From a bacterium (GTDB lineage Bacteria; JADJOY01), in the NCBI GenBank assembly GCA_046331705.1, contig JAXLQJ010000040.1:1-64000 (forward strand): DNA of 64,000 bases. Direction: 5' to 3'. The notes beneath the pieces were generated by a model that did not search any database, was not told the DNA's origin, and saw nothing but the letters and a program-made list of their open reading frames with translations. How positions within the stretch are numbered: position 1 is the stretch's first letter; each line of letters begins with the position of its first letter. Both the position numbers and the translations under genes were made by a program. This document shows, piece by piece, positions 9,531-19,859 of the stretch.

Positions 9531-10863
9531 CGGGCGCGGGAGACTGCGGCGGCTCGCTCTTCGCGGTGGAAGCGTCGGGCTTGGGCTGCGGGGGAGTGGT
9601 GGGCGCGCCGGGCGGCATGGGCTCGGTTCCCTTGCCTTCCAGCCAGTTCGTGATCTTGCGAACGCGCAGCAGGATGCTCTCCGACGAGAAGCCCGCGGCG
9701 AACGCCAGCACCACCGCGCTTCCAGGGAGCTCGGGGCCGACGAACGAGTAGGCGACGCAGCCGATGAGCGGCGCGCACAGCACCTGCATGATCTGGAACA
9801 CCAGGTTGTCGCGGGCGTCGTCGGAGGTGAGTGGAGGCTCGAGCTTGGCCCGCTGATCGGCTGGAAGCGCGCCGAACCCCTCGAAGTACTCACGGCCTGC
9901 GCGCCGCTGAAACTCCGGCACGCGGCGGGTCATGCTCACCACGGCGCCCATGAGCGCCACGACCTCGAAGTAGAGCGGCACGACCAGCCCGCCTTGCACC
10001 TCGTATCGCTCGGCGGTCCGGGCGATCGTGGGGATCGAGCGGGCCGTGAGCGCGCTCTCGAGACGGTGGATGGCTAGGCGCTCTTCGTCCGACTCGGAGG
10101 TCCCGCGCGCGGCGAGAGCGTGGTCCAGAAGCGTCCTGCGCTCGTCCTCGAGATCGTGCGCCTGACCCGCCAATCCATCGCGCCGCTCGTTCCACGCCTC
10201 GAGATCGGCGCGCAGCTTCTCGACGGATTCGGACGGCGTCACCGCTCGCGCGTCACGTGCCGGCACTCGATGGTCGCGATCGGGCAGGCGATCCGACGCA
10301 CGCCCCGTCACCACCCCGCCGATGTTCACCAGCCACTGCAAGGCACCCTTGGAGCAGTCGAGCTCGGGCGGCGTGTGATCGCCAGCGGCGCGACACCCGC
10401 GCAGCACACCGACCGCGCCCTGCGCGAGGACGGCCTCGATCGCCGGCATCCGAGGCAGCAGCACGAACGGCAGGATGGTGATCGCGGCGGCCATCGCCGT
10501 GAACATGTACGCGAGACGCACCACGCCGTTGACGCTGCGCTCGTGGAGTGAACGAGTGACCGCCGCGCGGCGCGAGTCCCGCTCCGCCGGCGGGACGCGC
10601 TCGAGAGCGTGCTCGACGTCCTGATCGGAGACGATCTCCGTCAGGATCTGCGTGACGTAGAGCGCGGCAGCGGTGAAGACGACCACCGCCGCTGCGGCCC
10701 AGATCGCCAAGCGCGGCGATGCACCGTCGACGAGGTCGCAGACGGCCAGCACGAAGACCAGGCCCAGTCCACACACCAGGAGCACCAGCTCGCGACGCGG
10801 GCTCCTTCTCGCCGCCCAGGCGAGCAGCTTCTCGACGCACTCTCGAACGCGCGATGCGACCAT
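9514..10863 (-). CDS. Hypothetical multi-pass membrane protein with a central coiled coil
   Basis: 449-aa ORF with several hydrophobic segments, a heptad-like region and a C-terminal LAFAAGFSSE motif; GGAGG RBS. Confidence 0.7.
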   Translation of the reverse strand: MVASRVRECVEKLLAWAARRSPRRELVLLVCGLGLVFVLAVCDLVDGASPRLAIWAAAAVVVFTAAALYVTQILTEIVSDQDVEHALERVPPAERDSRRAAVTRSLHERSVNGVVRLAYMFTAMAAAITILPFVLLPRMPAIEAVLAQGAVGVLRGCRAAGDHTPPELDCSKGALQWLVNIGGVVTGRASDRLPDRDHRVPARDARAVTPSESVEKLRADLEAWNERRDGLAGQAHDLEDERRTLLDHALAARGTSESDEERLAIHRLESALTARSIPTIARTAERYEVQGGLVVPLYFEVVALMGAVVSMTRRVPEFQRRAGREYFEGFGALPADQRAKLEPPLTSDDARDNLVFQIMQVLCAPLIGCVAYSFVGPELPGSAVVLAFAAGFSSESILLRVRKITNWLEGKGTEPMPPGAPTTPPQPKPDASTAKSEPPQSPAPVNPQP

Positions 10864-11038
10864 GTCAGCCTCCAGGCGTCGTCACGGCCTGGTCGGCCTT
10901 TGCAACGAGCGAGCCCAGCGCTCGCGCGAGAATCCGCAGGAATCTCCGCACGCGCCCGCGCGCCGGCCTGGGTCGCCGTCCAATCGCCGAACCGCTCCAC
11001 GTCGGATCCGTTCAGGACCCGTACGCGCGGCAACGGGC

Positions 11039-14000
11039 TCAGCCCGCCGCTGGACGCGCCCAGCGGCCGAACCACTCGCGCAGGAAGCGGGAGGTGGCCG
11101 AGCGCGCGAAGCGCTTGGCGGATCTGGGGCTGGCGAGCGTGAGCGGCGATCCCTCGGCGACGATCGAGCCGCCCGCAGCGCCGCCGCCCGGACCGAGATC
11201 GACCACCCAATCGGCCTCGGCGATCACGTCGAGGTGGTGCTCGATCACGATCACCGTGTCGCCCCGCTCGACGAGCAGGTGCAGCACTTCCACGAGCGAC
11301 GCGACGTCGGGGATCGAGAGCCCGGTGGTCGGCTCGTCGAGCACGTAGACCGAGCGGCCCGACGACGATTTGCCGAGCTCCTCCACGAGCTTGATGCGCT
11401 GCGCCTCGCCGCCCGAAAGCGTGGTCGAGGACTGGCCGAGCGCCAGGTAGCTCAGGTCCACGCGGCACATGAGATCGAGGGCGCGGTGGATCGCCCGGTG
11501 TACCTGGAAGAAGTCGCGCGCTTCCTCGGTGGTCATCGCGAGCACGTCGGCGATGGTCTTGCCGCGGAAGCGAACCTCGAGGGTTTCGCCGTTGAAACGC
11601 CTGCCGCCGCACGCGTCGCACTCGACCTTCGCGTCCGGCAAGAAGCTCATCTCGACGGTGAGCACGCCCTGCCCTTCGCATTTCTCGCAACGCCCCCCTC
11701 GCACGTTGAACGAGAAGCGCCCGGGCAGGTAGCCGCGGGCGCGCGCCTCGGGGGTAGCTGCGAAGACCTTGCGGATCTCGTCCCACACGCCGGTGTAGGT
11801 CGCCGGCGTCGAACGCGGGTTGCGGCCGATCGGTGACTGGTCGACCTCGGCGACGCGCTCGACCACCTCGGCGCCGTCGAGTCCCGCGTGGGCGCCGGGC
11901 TGCACCGGCGCGCCCGTGACGCGCCGGCGCAGCTCCTGGAAGAGCACGTCGCGCACCAGCGTCGACTTCCCCGAGCCGGAGACCCCCGTGACGCAGGTGA
12001 GCGCACCGAGGGGAAAGCGCACGTCCTCGCCCTTGAGATTGTTCTCGGTGGGAGCGCGCAAGGTCAGCCACCGACCGCTCGCTTCGGGCGCGGTTCGCGA
12101 GTTGCGCCGGCCGCGCCCCTCGCCGCGCAGCGCGCGACCGGTGCGCGAGCTGGGATGCCGGGCGATCTCGGCGGGCGTGCCGCGCGCCACCAGCAAGCCC
12201 CCTTGCGTGCCCGCGCCGGGGCCGAGATCCAGCACGTGATCGGCGGCCTCGATGGTCTCCTCGTCGTGCTCGACCACCACCACCGTGTTGCCCAGATCGC
12301 GCAGCGCGCGCAGCGTCTCCACCAGACGCGCGCTGTCCACGGGGTGCAGCCCGATGGTCGGCTCGTCGAGGACGTAGAGCACGCCGGTGAGGTGCGAGCC
12401 GAGCGAGGCGGCGAGACGAATGCGCTGCGCCTCGCCGCCCGAGAGCGTGTCACCGCGGCGCTCGAGGCTCAGGTAGCCGAGCCCGACTTGCTCCAGGAAC
12501 GCGAGCTTCGGCACCAGCTCGCGACGGATCGGATCGAGCACGGCCCGCGCCAGACCCGTCATGCGCAAGCCCTCGACCCAGCGCCGCGCTTCGATTGCGT
12601 TCATCGCGGCGATCTCGGGCAAACGCGTGCCGCTCACCCGCACGGCGCGCGACTCGGGTCGCAGCCGCGACCCCTGGCAAGCGCCGCACGTCGCCTCGGC
12701 GAGGTACTTGGTGAGCGAGGGCGGCGCCCCATCCTCGCTGTCGAGCATGTGGCGGATGCGCGTGCGCAATCCGGTGAACGTGCGGTGGCCGTCGAGCACC
12801 CAGCCGCGAGCGCGCGGCGAGAGCTTGCTCCAAGGCTTGTCGACGTTCACGCGGAGCAGCTCCTCGACCTCGCGGGCGAACCGCTCGGGCGCCTTCTTGG
12901 CGAAGGGGGCCTCGGCGAGCACCGGGAAGGCCCCCTCGGCGATCGAGAGCGTGGGATCGGGCACCAGCAGCGGCTCGGCGACTCCCTCGTAGAAGCCCAT
13001 CCCCTTGCACTCGGGGCACCAGCCGCGCGGGCTCACGAACGAGAAGGCGCGCGGCTCGAGCTCGGGCACGCCCGTACCGCAGCGCGGGCACGCGAGCGTG
13101 GTGGAGAACGCGACGTCCTCGGCGGCCGGCCCAACCGAGCGCATCGCCCGACCGGACACCCGCTCCACCACCACCGAGCCCTTGCCGCGATCGAGCGCCA
13201 CGATCAGCGCGTCGGCTAGCTCCTTCGTGGGCTTGCCGCTCGCCGGGACGTCGAGCTCCGCGACCATCGCTTCGATGTCGTGCTCGGCGTAACGCACCAG
13301 CTTGGGCGCCGGGGCGGTCGGCACCACGCGCTTGTCGACGCGCGCGAACGCGACGCCCTCGTTGGCGAGCTTCTCGAAGATCTCGCGGTGGAATCCCTTG
13401 CGGCCACGGATCACCGGCGCGAAGAGCCGCACCCGCGCTCCCGGGAATCGGGCGCCGATCGCCGCGCCGATCCGCGCTGGCGTGCCGCTCTCCAGCGCCT
13501 GGTCGCAGCGTGGGCAATGGGGCACGCCGAGCCGCGTCCACAAGAGCCGCAGGTAATGCCAGATCTCGGTGAGGGTCGCGACCGTGGTCTTGGCGCTGCC
13601 GCGGGTACGGCGCTGCTCGATGGCGATCGCCGGCGGCAGCCCGTCGATGCGATCCACCTCGGGCTTCGCCAGCGGCTGCAGGAACTGGCGCGCATAGGGC
13701 GAGAGCGTTTCCAGGTAGCGCCGCTGCCCTTCGGCGAAGAGCACGTCGAAGGCCAGTGACGACTTTCCCGAGCCGCTCGGCCCGGTCACGACCACGAGCT
13801 GGTTCTTGGCGAGATCGAGCGACACGCCGCGCAAGTTGTGCTCGTGCGCCCGCGTGATGCGAATCGGGGCATCGGTCGCTTCACTCGCGAGGTGTCTCTG
13901 GCGCGCGCACGGGTCGACGGCAAGCGTGGAGTCCGCGGGAGGCGCGTCGGGGTAGAACGGCAGCGCGCCTTCGCCCACGGCCATCTCGGCCTCGGACTTC

Positions 14001-16795
14001 CCCTCCAACAGCGGGCGCAGGTAGCGCCCGGTGATCGAGCGCGGGCTCGCGGCCACGACCTCGGGCGGACCGGCGGCGACCACCTCGCCGCCGCGCTCGC
14101 CGGCCTCGGGGCCGAGGTCGACGACCCAGTCGGCGCGCTTGATGACCTCGCCGGCGTGCTCGACGACGATGAGGGTGTGTCCGGCCTCGACCAGGAGATC
14201 GAACGCGCGCAAGAGCGGCGGCAGATCGGCGGCGTGCAGCCCGGTCGACGGCTCGTCGAAGAGATAGAGGTTCCCGCGCGCCGTGCGCTTCTTCGAATCG
14301 GCGATCGCCGCCGCGAGCTTGAGCCGCTGCGCCTCTCCCCCCGAGAGCGTCACGATGCTCTGACCGATGCGCAGATAGCCGAGCCCGACCTCGCGCGCCG
14401 GATGGAGTCGCTCCACCAGCTCGCGCTGCGCCGCGAAGAACTCGACCGCCTCGTCCAGCGACAGCGCCAGGATCTCGGTGACGTTCTTGCCGTGGATCCG
14501 CACGTCGAGAACGTCGGGACGAAAGCGCGCACCACCGCATTCGGCGCACGGCACGTGCACGTCCGCCAGGAACTGCATCTCGACCTTCTCGAAACCCGCG
14601 CCCTCACACGTCTCGCACCGACCGCCGGGCGCGTTGAAGGAGAGCGTCGACGGGGTGATCCCGGCCTCCCGCGCCTCCGGCGTCGCTGCGAGCGCCTTGC
14701 GGATCTTGTCGTAGACGCCGAGATAGGTGCCGACGATCGACTTGGGCGAGCGACCGATGGGCGCGGTGTCGACGAACACCACGTCCTCGAAAACGTCGCC
14801 GCCATCGATGCCGGCGCAGAGCCCGGGATCCTCCACGGGCTTGCCGCGTGCGCGCAGCAAGTTGCGGTAGAGCACCTCTTCCACCAGCGTGGACTTTCCC
14901 GAGCCCGAAACGCCGGTGACGCAGGTCAGCGCGGCGATCGGAAACCGCACGTCGACGCCACGCAGGTTGTGGCTGCGCGCACCGCGCACCACCAGCGCCG
15001 CGCCGCCGGCATCGCGACGGCGCTCGGGAAGCGGGATGCGCAAGGCGCCCGACAGATAGCGGCCGGTCGCCGACTCCGGCACGCGCGCGGCGCCGCTCAC
15101 CGGCCCCTGGTAGAGGATCGAGCCACCCGCCTCACCCGCGCCCGGGCCGAGGTCGATCAGGTGCGCCGCGCCCAGGATGAGCGCGGGATCGTGCTCCACG
15201 ACCACCGCGGTGTTGCCGCGCTCGACCAGTCGGCCGAGGATGCTCACCAAGCGGTCGTTGTCGCGGGGGTGCAGGCCCACCGAGGGCTCGTCGAGGACGA
15301 AGAGCGCGTTGGTGAGCGCCGAGCCGACGGCGGTCGTGAGGTTCACCCGCTGCATCTCGCCGCCGGAGAGTGTCCGGCTCTGGCGATCGAGCGTGAGGTA
15401 CTCGAGGCCCACGTCGCAGAGGTACCCGAGTCGCGAGCGCACCTCGGCGAGAAGCGGCTCGGTGCCCTCGGCGAGCGCCGCTGGCAGCTCGAGCTCGCGG
15501 AACAGGTCGCGCAGCGCGCCCACGGTGGAGCCGTAGAGCTCCGAGATGGTCCGCCCCGCGAGCCGGGTCTTGAGCGTCTCCGGCTTGAAGCGCGTGCCGC
15601 CGCAGGCCGCGCACGTGACGTAGGCGCGGTAACGCGAGAGCAGCACCCGCACGTGCATCTTGTAGACGCGGGTCTCGAGCCAGCCGAACCAGCCGCGGAT
15701 CCCCCACCATTTCTTCTTGTGCCAGCCCCCTTCCTCGCCGTCCCACAACCACGCGCGCTGCTCCTCGGGGAGGCTCCCGTAGGGCACGTCCATCGGCACG
15801 CCGCGCAGCCGGCAGAACTTGGTCAGCTCCTCGCGCTCCCACGAGGTCTTCTCGGTGCTCCAGGGCTTGACCGCACCGGCGGCGAGGGATTTCGACGCAT
15901 CCGGAATCACCAGGTCGGGAGCGATCTCGATGGTGCGGCCGAAGCCGCGACACGTCGGGCACGCGCCGATCGGGTTGTTGAAGGTGAAGAGCGCGGGGCT
16001 CGGCTCCGGATAGGTGATCCTGCAGTCCGGACAGCGCAGCCGCGTGTCGTGCCGGCGCGGCTTGGGATCGGGTGCGCCCGAGGAGTCGAGCGGCACGACC
16101 ACGGCCGTGCCGGCGCCGTGGGCGAACGCCTGCTCCAGCGCCTCGACCAAGCGCCCGCGGCGCGCCGGCTCGACGGCGATCCGGTCGAGGATCACCAGGA
16201 AGTCGCCGCTCGAGGGCGGCGCGGCGAGCTCCTCGAGACGCAGCACGGCACCGTTCGCCAGCAGCCGCACGAAGCCCTGGCGCCGCAGCTGTTCCACCAC
16301 CACCGGGAAATCCTCCGGCGGCGCCGTGGGAGCGTCGAAGCCCACCAGCACGGAACGACCCGCTTCGCTGGCGAGCAGCTCGTCGGCGACCGTCTCCGGA
16401 GTGGCCCGCTGGACGGGGCGATCGCAGCGATCGCAATGCCGCACGCCGGCCCGCGCGAACAGCACCTTCACGTAGTCGTGGATCTCGGTGACCGTGCCGA
16501 CCGTGGAGCGGCTCGAACGAACGGTGTTGCCCTGCTCGATGGCCACCGCCGGCGGGATGCCCTCCACTCCGTCGATCGCCGGACGGTTCATGCGCTCCAG
16601 GAACTGGCGCGCGTAGGCACTGAAGGACTCGACGTAGCGCCGCTGGCCCTCGGCGAAGAGCGTGTCGAAGGCGAGCGAGCTCTTCCCCGAGCCCGAGACT
16701 CCCGTCACGGCGACGTACTGGCCGCGCGGAATCTCGAGATCGAAGCCCTTCAGATTGTGCTGACGACAACCGGTGAGCCGAATCGGAGCGGACAT
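11039..16795 (-). CDS. uvrA: Excinuclease ABC subunit A, double-length (tandem-fused) UvrA
   Basis: Four Walker A motifs (GVSGSGKS x3, GPSGSGKS), four LSGGE signatures, zinc fingers, and duplicated HNLK/HNLR...AEGQRRY starts; ATG at 16795. Confidence 0.95.
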   Translation of the reverse strand: MSAPIRLTGCRQHNLKGFDLEIPRGQYVAVTGVSGSGKSSLAFDTLFAEGQRRYVESFSAYARQFLERMNRPAIDGVEGIPPAVAIEQGNTVRSSRSTVGTVTEIHDYVKVLFARAGVRHCDRCDRPVQRATPETVADELLASEAGRSVLVGFDAPTAPPEDFPVVVEQLRRQGFVRLLANGAVLRLEELAAPPSSGDFLVILDRIAVEPARRGRLVEALEQAFAHGAGTAVVVPLDSSGAPDPKPRRHDTRLRCPDCRITYPEPSPALFTFNNPIGACPTCRGFGRTIEIAPDLVIPDASKSLAAGAVKPWSTEKTSWEREELTKFCRLRGVPMDVPYGSLPEEQRAWLWDGEEGGWHKKKWWGIRGWFGWLETRVYKMHVRVLLSRYRAYVTCAACGGTRFKPETLKTRLAGRTISELYGSTVGALRDLFRELELPAALAEGTEPLLAEVRSRLGYLCDVGLEYLTLDRQSRTLSGGEMQRVNLTTAVGSALTNALFVLDEPSVGLHPRDNDRLVSILGRLVERGNTAVVVEHDPALILGAAHLIDLGPGAGEAGGSILYQGPVSGAARVPESATGRYLSGALRIPLPERRRDAGGAALVVRGARSHNLRGVDVRFPIAALTCVTGVSGSGKSTLVEEVLYRNLLRARGKPVEDPGLCAGIDGGDVFEDVVFVDTAPIGRSPKSIVGTYLGVYDKIRKALAATPEAREAGITPSTLSFNAPGGRCETCEGAGFEKVEMQFLADVHVPCAECGGARFRPDVLDVRIHGKNVTEILALSLDEAVEFFAAQRELVERLHPAREVGLGYLRIGQSIVTLSGGEAQRLKLAAAIADSKKRTARGNLYLFDEPSTGLHAADLPPLLRAFDLLVEAGHTLIVVEHAGEVIKRADWVVDLGPEAGERGGEVVAAGPPEVVAASPRSITGRYLRPLLEGKSEAEMAVGEGALPFYPDAPPADSTLAVDPCARQRHLASEATDAPIRITRAHEHNLRGVSLDLAKNQLVVVTGPSGSGKSSLAFDVLFAEGQRRYLETLSPYARQFLQPLAKPEVDRIDGLPPAIAIEQRRTRGSAKTTVATLTEIWHYLRLLWTRLGVPHCPRCDQALESGTPARIGAAIGARFPGARVRLFAPVIRGRKGFHREIFEKLANEGVAFARVDKRVVPTAPAPKLVRYAEHDIEAMVAELDVPASGKPTKELADALIVALDRGKGSVVVERVSGRAMRSVGPAAEDVAFSTTLACPRCGTGVPELEPRAFSFVSPRGWCPECKGMGFYEGVAEPLLVPDPTLSIAEGAFPVLAEAPFAKKAPERFAREVEELLRVNVDKPWSKLSPRARGWVLDGHRTFTGLRTRIRHMLDSEDGAPPSLTKYLAEATCGACQGSRLRPESRAVRVSGTRLPEIAAMNAIEARRWVEGLRMTGLARAVLDPIRRELVPKLAFLEQVGLGYLSLERRGDTLSGGEAQRIRLAASLGSHLTGVLYVLDEPTIGLHPVDSARLVETLRALRDLGNTVVVVEHDEETIEAADHVLDLGPGAGTQGGLLVARGTPAEIARHPSSRTGRALRGEGRGRRNSRTAPEASGRWLTLRAPTENNLKGEDVRFPLGALTCVTGVSGSGKSTLVRDVLFQELRRRVTGAPVQPGAHAGLDGAEVVERVAEVDQSPIGRNPRSTPATYTGVWDEIRKVFAATPEARARGYLPGRFSFNVRGGRCEKCEGQGVLTVEMSFLPDAKVECDACGGRRFNGETLEVRFRGKTIADVLAMTTEEARDFFQVHRAIHRALDLMCRVDLSYLALGQSSTTLSGGEAQRIKLVEELGKSSSGRSVYVLDEPTTGLSIPDVASLVEVLHLLVERGDTVIVIEHHLDVIAEADWVVDLGPGGGAAGGSIVAEGSPLTLASPRSAKRFARSATSRFLREWFGRWARPAAG

Positions 16796-17000
16796 GGAGC
16801 GCCGATGCCTCGACGCGGCGCTCGCGGGCGCGAGCGCGGCGAACACGACGGGAATGGATGAGGGGAGGGACCGCCTGCGGCGAGGCGCGATGCCTCACCG
16901 CCCACGCAAGATAGTCACCGGACCGAGCTCCGAGGAGCCCGGTCCGGGGTGCGCGGATGCCGGGGCGCGCCCGCGGCTGGGCGCCCCCCTCGGCGGACGA

Positions 17001-17483
17001 TCACTTGCTGGGGGCGGGGATGGCGTTCTGGACGCCCTTGGTCAGGTCCTGCGCGGCGCCGAGAGCGTTGGCCGCGGGCTGAGTGGCGGCGTTGACCTTC
17101 TCCGCTGCGGCGCCCGTCGCCTGCGATGCGGCTCCCGTCGCCTGCGCCGCGGCACCCACGGCTTGCGCTTGCGCCTCGGCCTTGGCGCCCTCCACGGCAC
17201 CAGCGGCCTGTGCCTTGGCGTCGTTCACCATGCCGGCGGCGGCGCCCTTCGCGGACTCCACGGCGCCTGTGGCGGTCGCCTCGGCTCCCGCGGCGGCGCC
17301 CTTGGCCGCTTCGGCGGCGCCCGTCGCCGTCTGAGCGGCCTGGTCGGCGGTCGCCTTCGCCTGCGCCGCCTTGTTGAGCGCGTCGGTGGCGCCAGCGAGC
17401 GGATCGCCAGCCCGCGCCATCGATCCGTAGGTCAGCGCGGCGCCGACGGCCACCGCGGTCACGATCCAGTTCGTCGTCTTCAT
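17001..17483 (-). CDS. Secreted Ala-rich low-complexity (LEA-like) protein
   Basis: GGAGG RBS, signal peptide MKTTNWIV...ARA, repeats such as ATGAAEAAKG/ATGAVESAKG. Confidence 0.75.
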   Translation of the reverse strand: MKTTNWIVTAVAVGAALTYGSMARAGDPLAGATDALNKAAQAKATADQAAQTATGAAEAAKGAAAGAEATATGAVESAKGAAAGMVNDAKAQAAGAVEGAKAEAQAQAVGAAAQATGAASQATGAAAEKVNAATQPAANALGAAQDLTKGVQNAIPAPSK

Positions 17484-17565
17484 GCGCACATCCTCCGGTG
17501 AGTTGAACGGCATCGAGACGGTCTTGCCACAGGTGACGCGAAACGGGCAACGCGCGAAACGAGAA

Positions 17566-17593
17566 ACGGGGCGCCCCGTCGAGGGCGCCCCGT
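17566..17593 (-). terminator. Rho-independent terminator
   Basis: 11-bp perfect stem ACGGGGCGCCC/GGGCGCCCCGT with a 6-nt loop, followed on the minus strand by TTCTCGTTTC, just after the stop at 17617. Confidence 0.75.
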
Positions 17594-17616
17594 GAAGATC
17601 GCTGTCGAGGCTCGGG

Positions 17617-19764
17617 TCAGGGCTGCGAGCAGCCGCCGGGCGTCGCCGAGTTGCAGTCGTCGTCGATGCCGTTGCCGGGGATCTCGGTCTTCCCGGGGTT
17701 CACGTTGGCATTCGAGTCGTTGCAGTCGAGCGCCGCGTTGGTGCATGCGGTCGATGCCGGATTGCCGTAGCCGTCACCGTCGAGGTCCTTGCAGTCGCTG
17801 GTCGCGGCATTGCAGTCGTCGTCGAGACCATTGCCGGGGATCTCGGTGGCGCCGGGGTTCACCGCGGCGTTCGAGTCGTTGCAGTCGAGCTGCGGATGGG
17901 CGCAGGTGGCCGAGGCCGGGTTGCCGTAACCGTCGCCGTCCAGGTCCGAGCACGAGGAATCGGGCGTGGCCGGGTTGCAGTCGTCGTCGAGACCGTTGCC
18001 GGGAATCTCCGTGGCGCCGGGGTTCACCGCCGCATTCCCGTCGTTGCAGTCGGTGGCCGATCCGTTCGGGCAGACGGCGCTGCCAGGGTTGCCGTAACCG
18101 TCGCCGTCGCCATCCGTGCAGGTCGGCGCCGCGCCGCAGGTGTCGAACTTGAACGCCGCCACCTGGGTTGCCCAGGTATTGCTGTTGGCACGCATGCCGG
18201 TGAACCAGAACGTGCAATCGTCCGCCGGATCGATCGACATGTGATGGTAGTCGCCATAGCGGTTCGAGCTGTCCTTGCCCACTCCCGCGACGATCGCGGT
18301 CTCGGTCTCGGGCATGGTGCCGGCCGCCGCGGCCGCGGTGCGCCCGGTGTACGAGAGCCCCGGGCTCACGGCGCTCGACGACACGCTGTACCCGAGGGCG
18401 ATGTCACCGCTCTTGTCCATGGCCACCGAGCTCATCCAACGATTGGTCGAGTTCGGCGAGTACGTGCCCTGCTGGAAGAGCGACCACGATCCGGCGCCGT
18501 TGCGACGCAGCTCGAACCACCGCACGCCGGCCTGGTCCGTGCCGGTGACGTCGGTCGCCAGGCTGCCGACGATGGTCTCGTGTCCGCCCACGTCGTTGCG
18601 GTACTGGGGTGGCTGCATCACCACCTCGCGGAGCGGATCGAGCTTCACCGTGGTGCCCGGCTGCGGGATGCACGAGAACGAAGTGAGCCCGCAGAGGTCG
18701 GAGTCGATCTCGGCCATCGGGATGGACGTCGGCCCGACCAGCGTCGAGCTCGCAGGCGTGGTGAAGTTCGGCGTGAACGCGAAGACGTCGATGTAGTCCT
18801 GGCTCGCGTTGTTGCTGCCGGCGTTGTGGACCTCGTCGTCCCGGTGGCGCAGGAACCACGCCGGCGAGTTGGCGGGCGGCGCGGTGGCGCCGTCGAAGTT
18901 GGCCGGCGCGATCATCTGGAATCCGAAGCCCGCCAGGCTGGGCGCGGTGAGACGAACGAAGGTCGCGGCGAGACCGCTCAGCATCTTGGTACGGTCGAGG
19001 GCGTAGACCGCCGGGCTCGACTCGTTGGTTCCGACGAAATACGCCGTGGGCCAAACCGCGTACTTCGGGTAGTCCGGGAACTGCGAGAGCGTGAAGTCGT
19101 ACGCCCACCAGCCGCCGCTCACCGGATCCGCGGTCTTCGACACGTACACACAGAGGTGATTGCCCAGCGAAGCGAACTCGGAGAGCAGGAAGCGGCCGGC
19201 GAGACGGTCGTAGAGGGCGACCGGATCGCCGAGGCCGCTGGTGCACGAGCCGGTGCCGAGGCTGTCGAGATTGGTCGGTCCCGCCACCGTGGCGCCGGCC
19301 TTGTCGTAGATCTTGAAGATCGCGCCGCCGCTACCGTTGATCATCTGGATGTAGTGGTTGGGGCCAGCGGCGCCGGTCGGATCGGGCGGATTGACACCGG
19401 TGTAGCCCTGCCCAGCGAAGTTCGCCGTGGGCGCCGAGAACGCCTGCGAGCTGGGCCCGCGCGAACCCGCCTGCACCCCGAGCAGCGGATCGAGGGCCGG
19501 CGGCGCCGGCGTGAACTCCAGACCGCTCGCGGGCGGACGGCGGCGCAGCGGAATCTCGACGATGGGATCCCCGGGCTGCCATTCGGGTGTCTTGGGCAGC
19601 GTGCGCAGGTCGACGTCCACGGACTGGGCCGTCACCGCCGCGCTCTGCTCGATCTGGATCGAAGCGTCTTGCGCGCTCGCGACTCGCGCGAGCCCGCAGA
19701 CCGCGACGGCCACCAGGAACCGACTTACGCCGAGCGCCCACTTCCGGGCTCGTGCCAGCTTCAT
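17617..19764 (-). CDS. Secreted protein with three C-terminal Cys/Asp-rich 'putative metal-binding' (MopE-related) repeats
   Basis: Signal peptide; conserved domain PPDPTGAAGPNHYIQMIN...FPDYPK...RYGDY; three repeats of D.DGDGYG...DCND.N..VNPG.TEIPGNG.DDDCN. Confidence 0.85.
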   Translation of the reverse strand: MKLARARKWALGVSRFLVAVAVCGLARVASAQDASIQIEQSAAVTAQSVDVDLRTLPKTPEWQPGDPIVEIPLRRRPPASGLEFTPAPPALDPLLGVQAGSRGPSSQAFSAPTANFAGQGYTGVNPPDPTGAAGPNHYIQMINGSGGAIFKIYDKAGATVAGPTNLDSLGTGSCTSGLGDPVALYDRLAGRFLLSEFASLGNHLCVYVSKTADPVSGGWWAYDFTLSQFPDYPKYAVWPTAYFVGTNESSPAVYALDRTKMLSGLAATFVRLTAPSLAGFGFQMIAPANFDGATAPPANSPAWFLRHRDDEVHNAGSNNASQDYIDVFAFTPNFTTPASSTLVGPTSIPMAEIDSDLCGLTSFSCIPQPGTTVKLDPLREVVMQPPQYRNDVGGHETIVGSLATDVTGTDQAGVRWFELRRNGAGSWSLFQQGTYSPNSTNRWMSSVAMDKSGDIALGYSVSSSAVSPGLSYTGRTAAAAAGTMPETETAIVAGVGKDSSNRYGDYHHMSIDPADDCTFWFTGMRANSNTWATQVAAFKFDTCGAAPTCTDGDGDGYGNPGSAVCPNGSATDCNDGNAAVNPGATEIPGNGLDDDCNPATPDSSCSDLDGDGYGNPASATCAHPQLDCNDSNAAVNPGATEIPGNGLDDDCNAATSDCKDLDGDGYGNPASTACTNAALDCNDSNANVNPGKTEIPGNGIDDDCNSATPGGCSQP

Positions 19765-19859
19765 GTGCGCCACCCCATCCTCTCGGCGCGGTGCTCGACC
19801 GCGACGTGCTCCCCCCTCGCGGCCACCGGGTTCACCACGATCCCGGCGGCCTCCGATCC

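Noticed and set aside
13838-16861. 1007-aa plus-strand ORF and the many other long Arg/Ala/Gly-rich ORFs in the track
   Set aside because: Antisense or frame shadows of real genes in high-GC DNA; no protein motifs
17640-18120. Three ~125-bp direct repeats that could suggest a CRISPR or repeat array
   Set aside because: In-frame coding repeats of the secreted protein; no unique spacers and no cas genes
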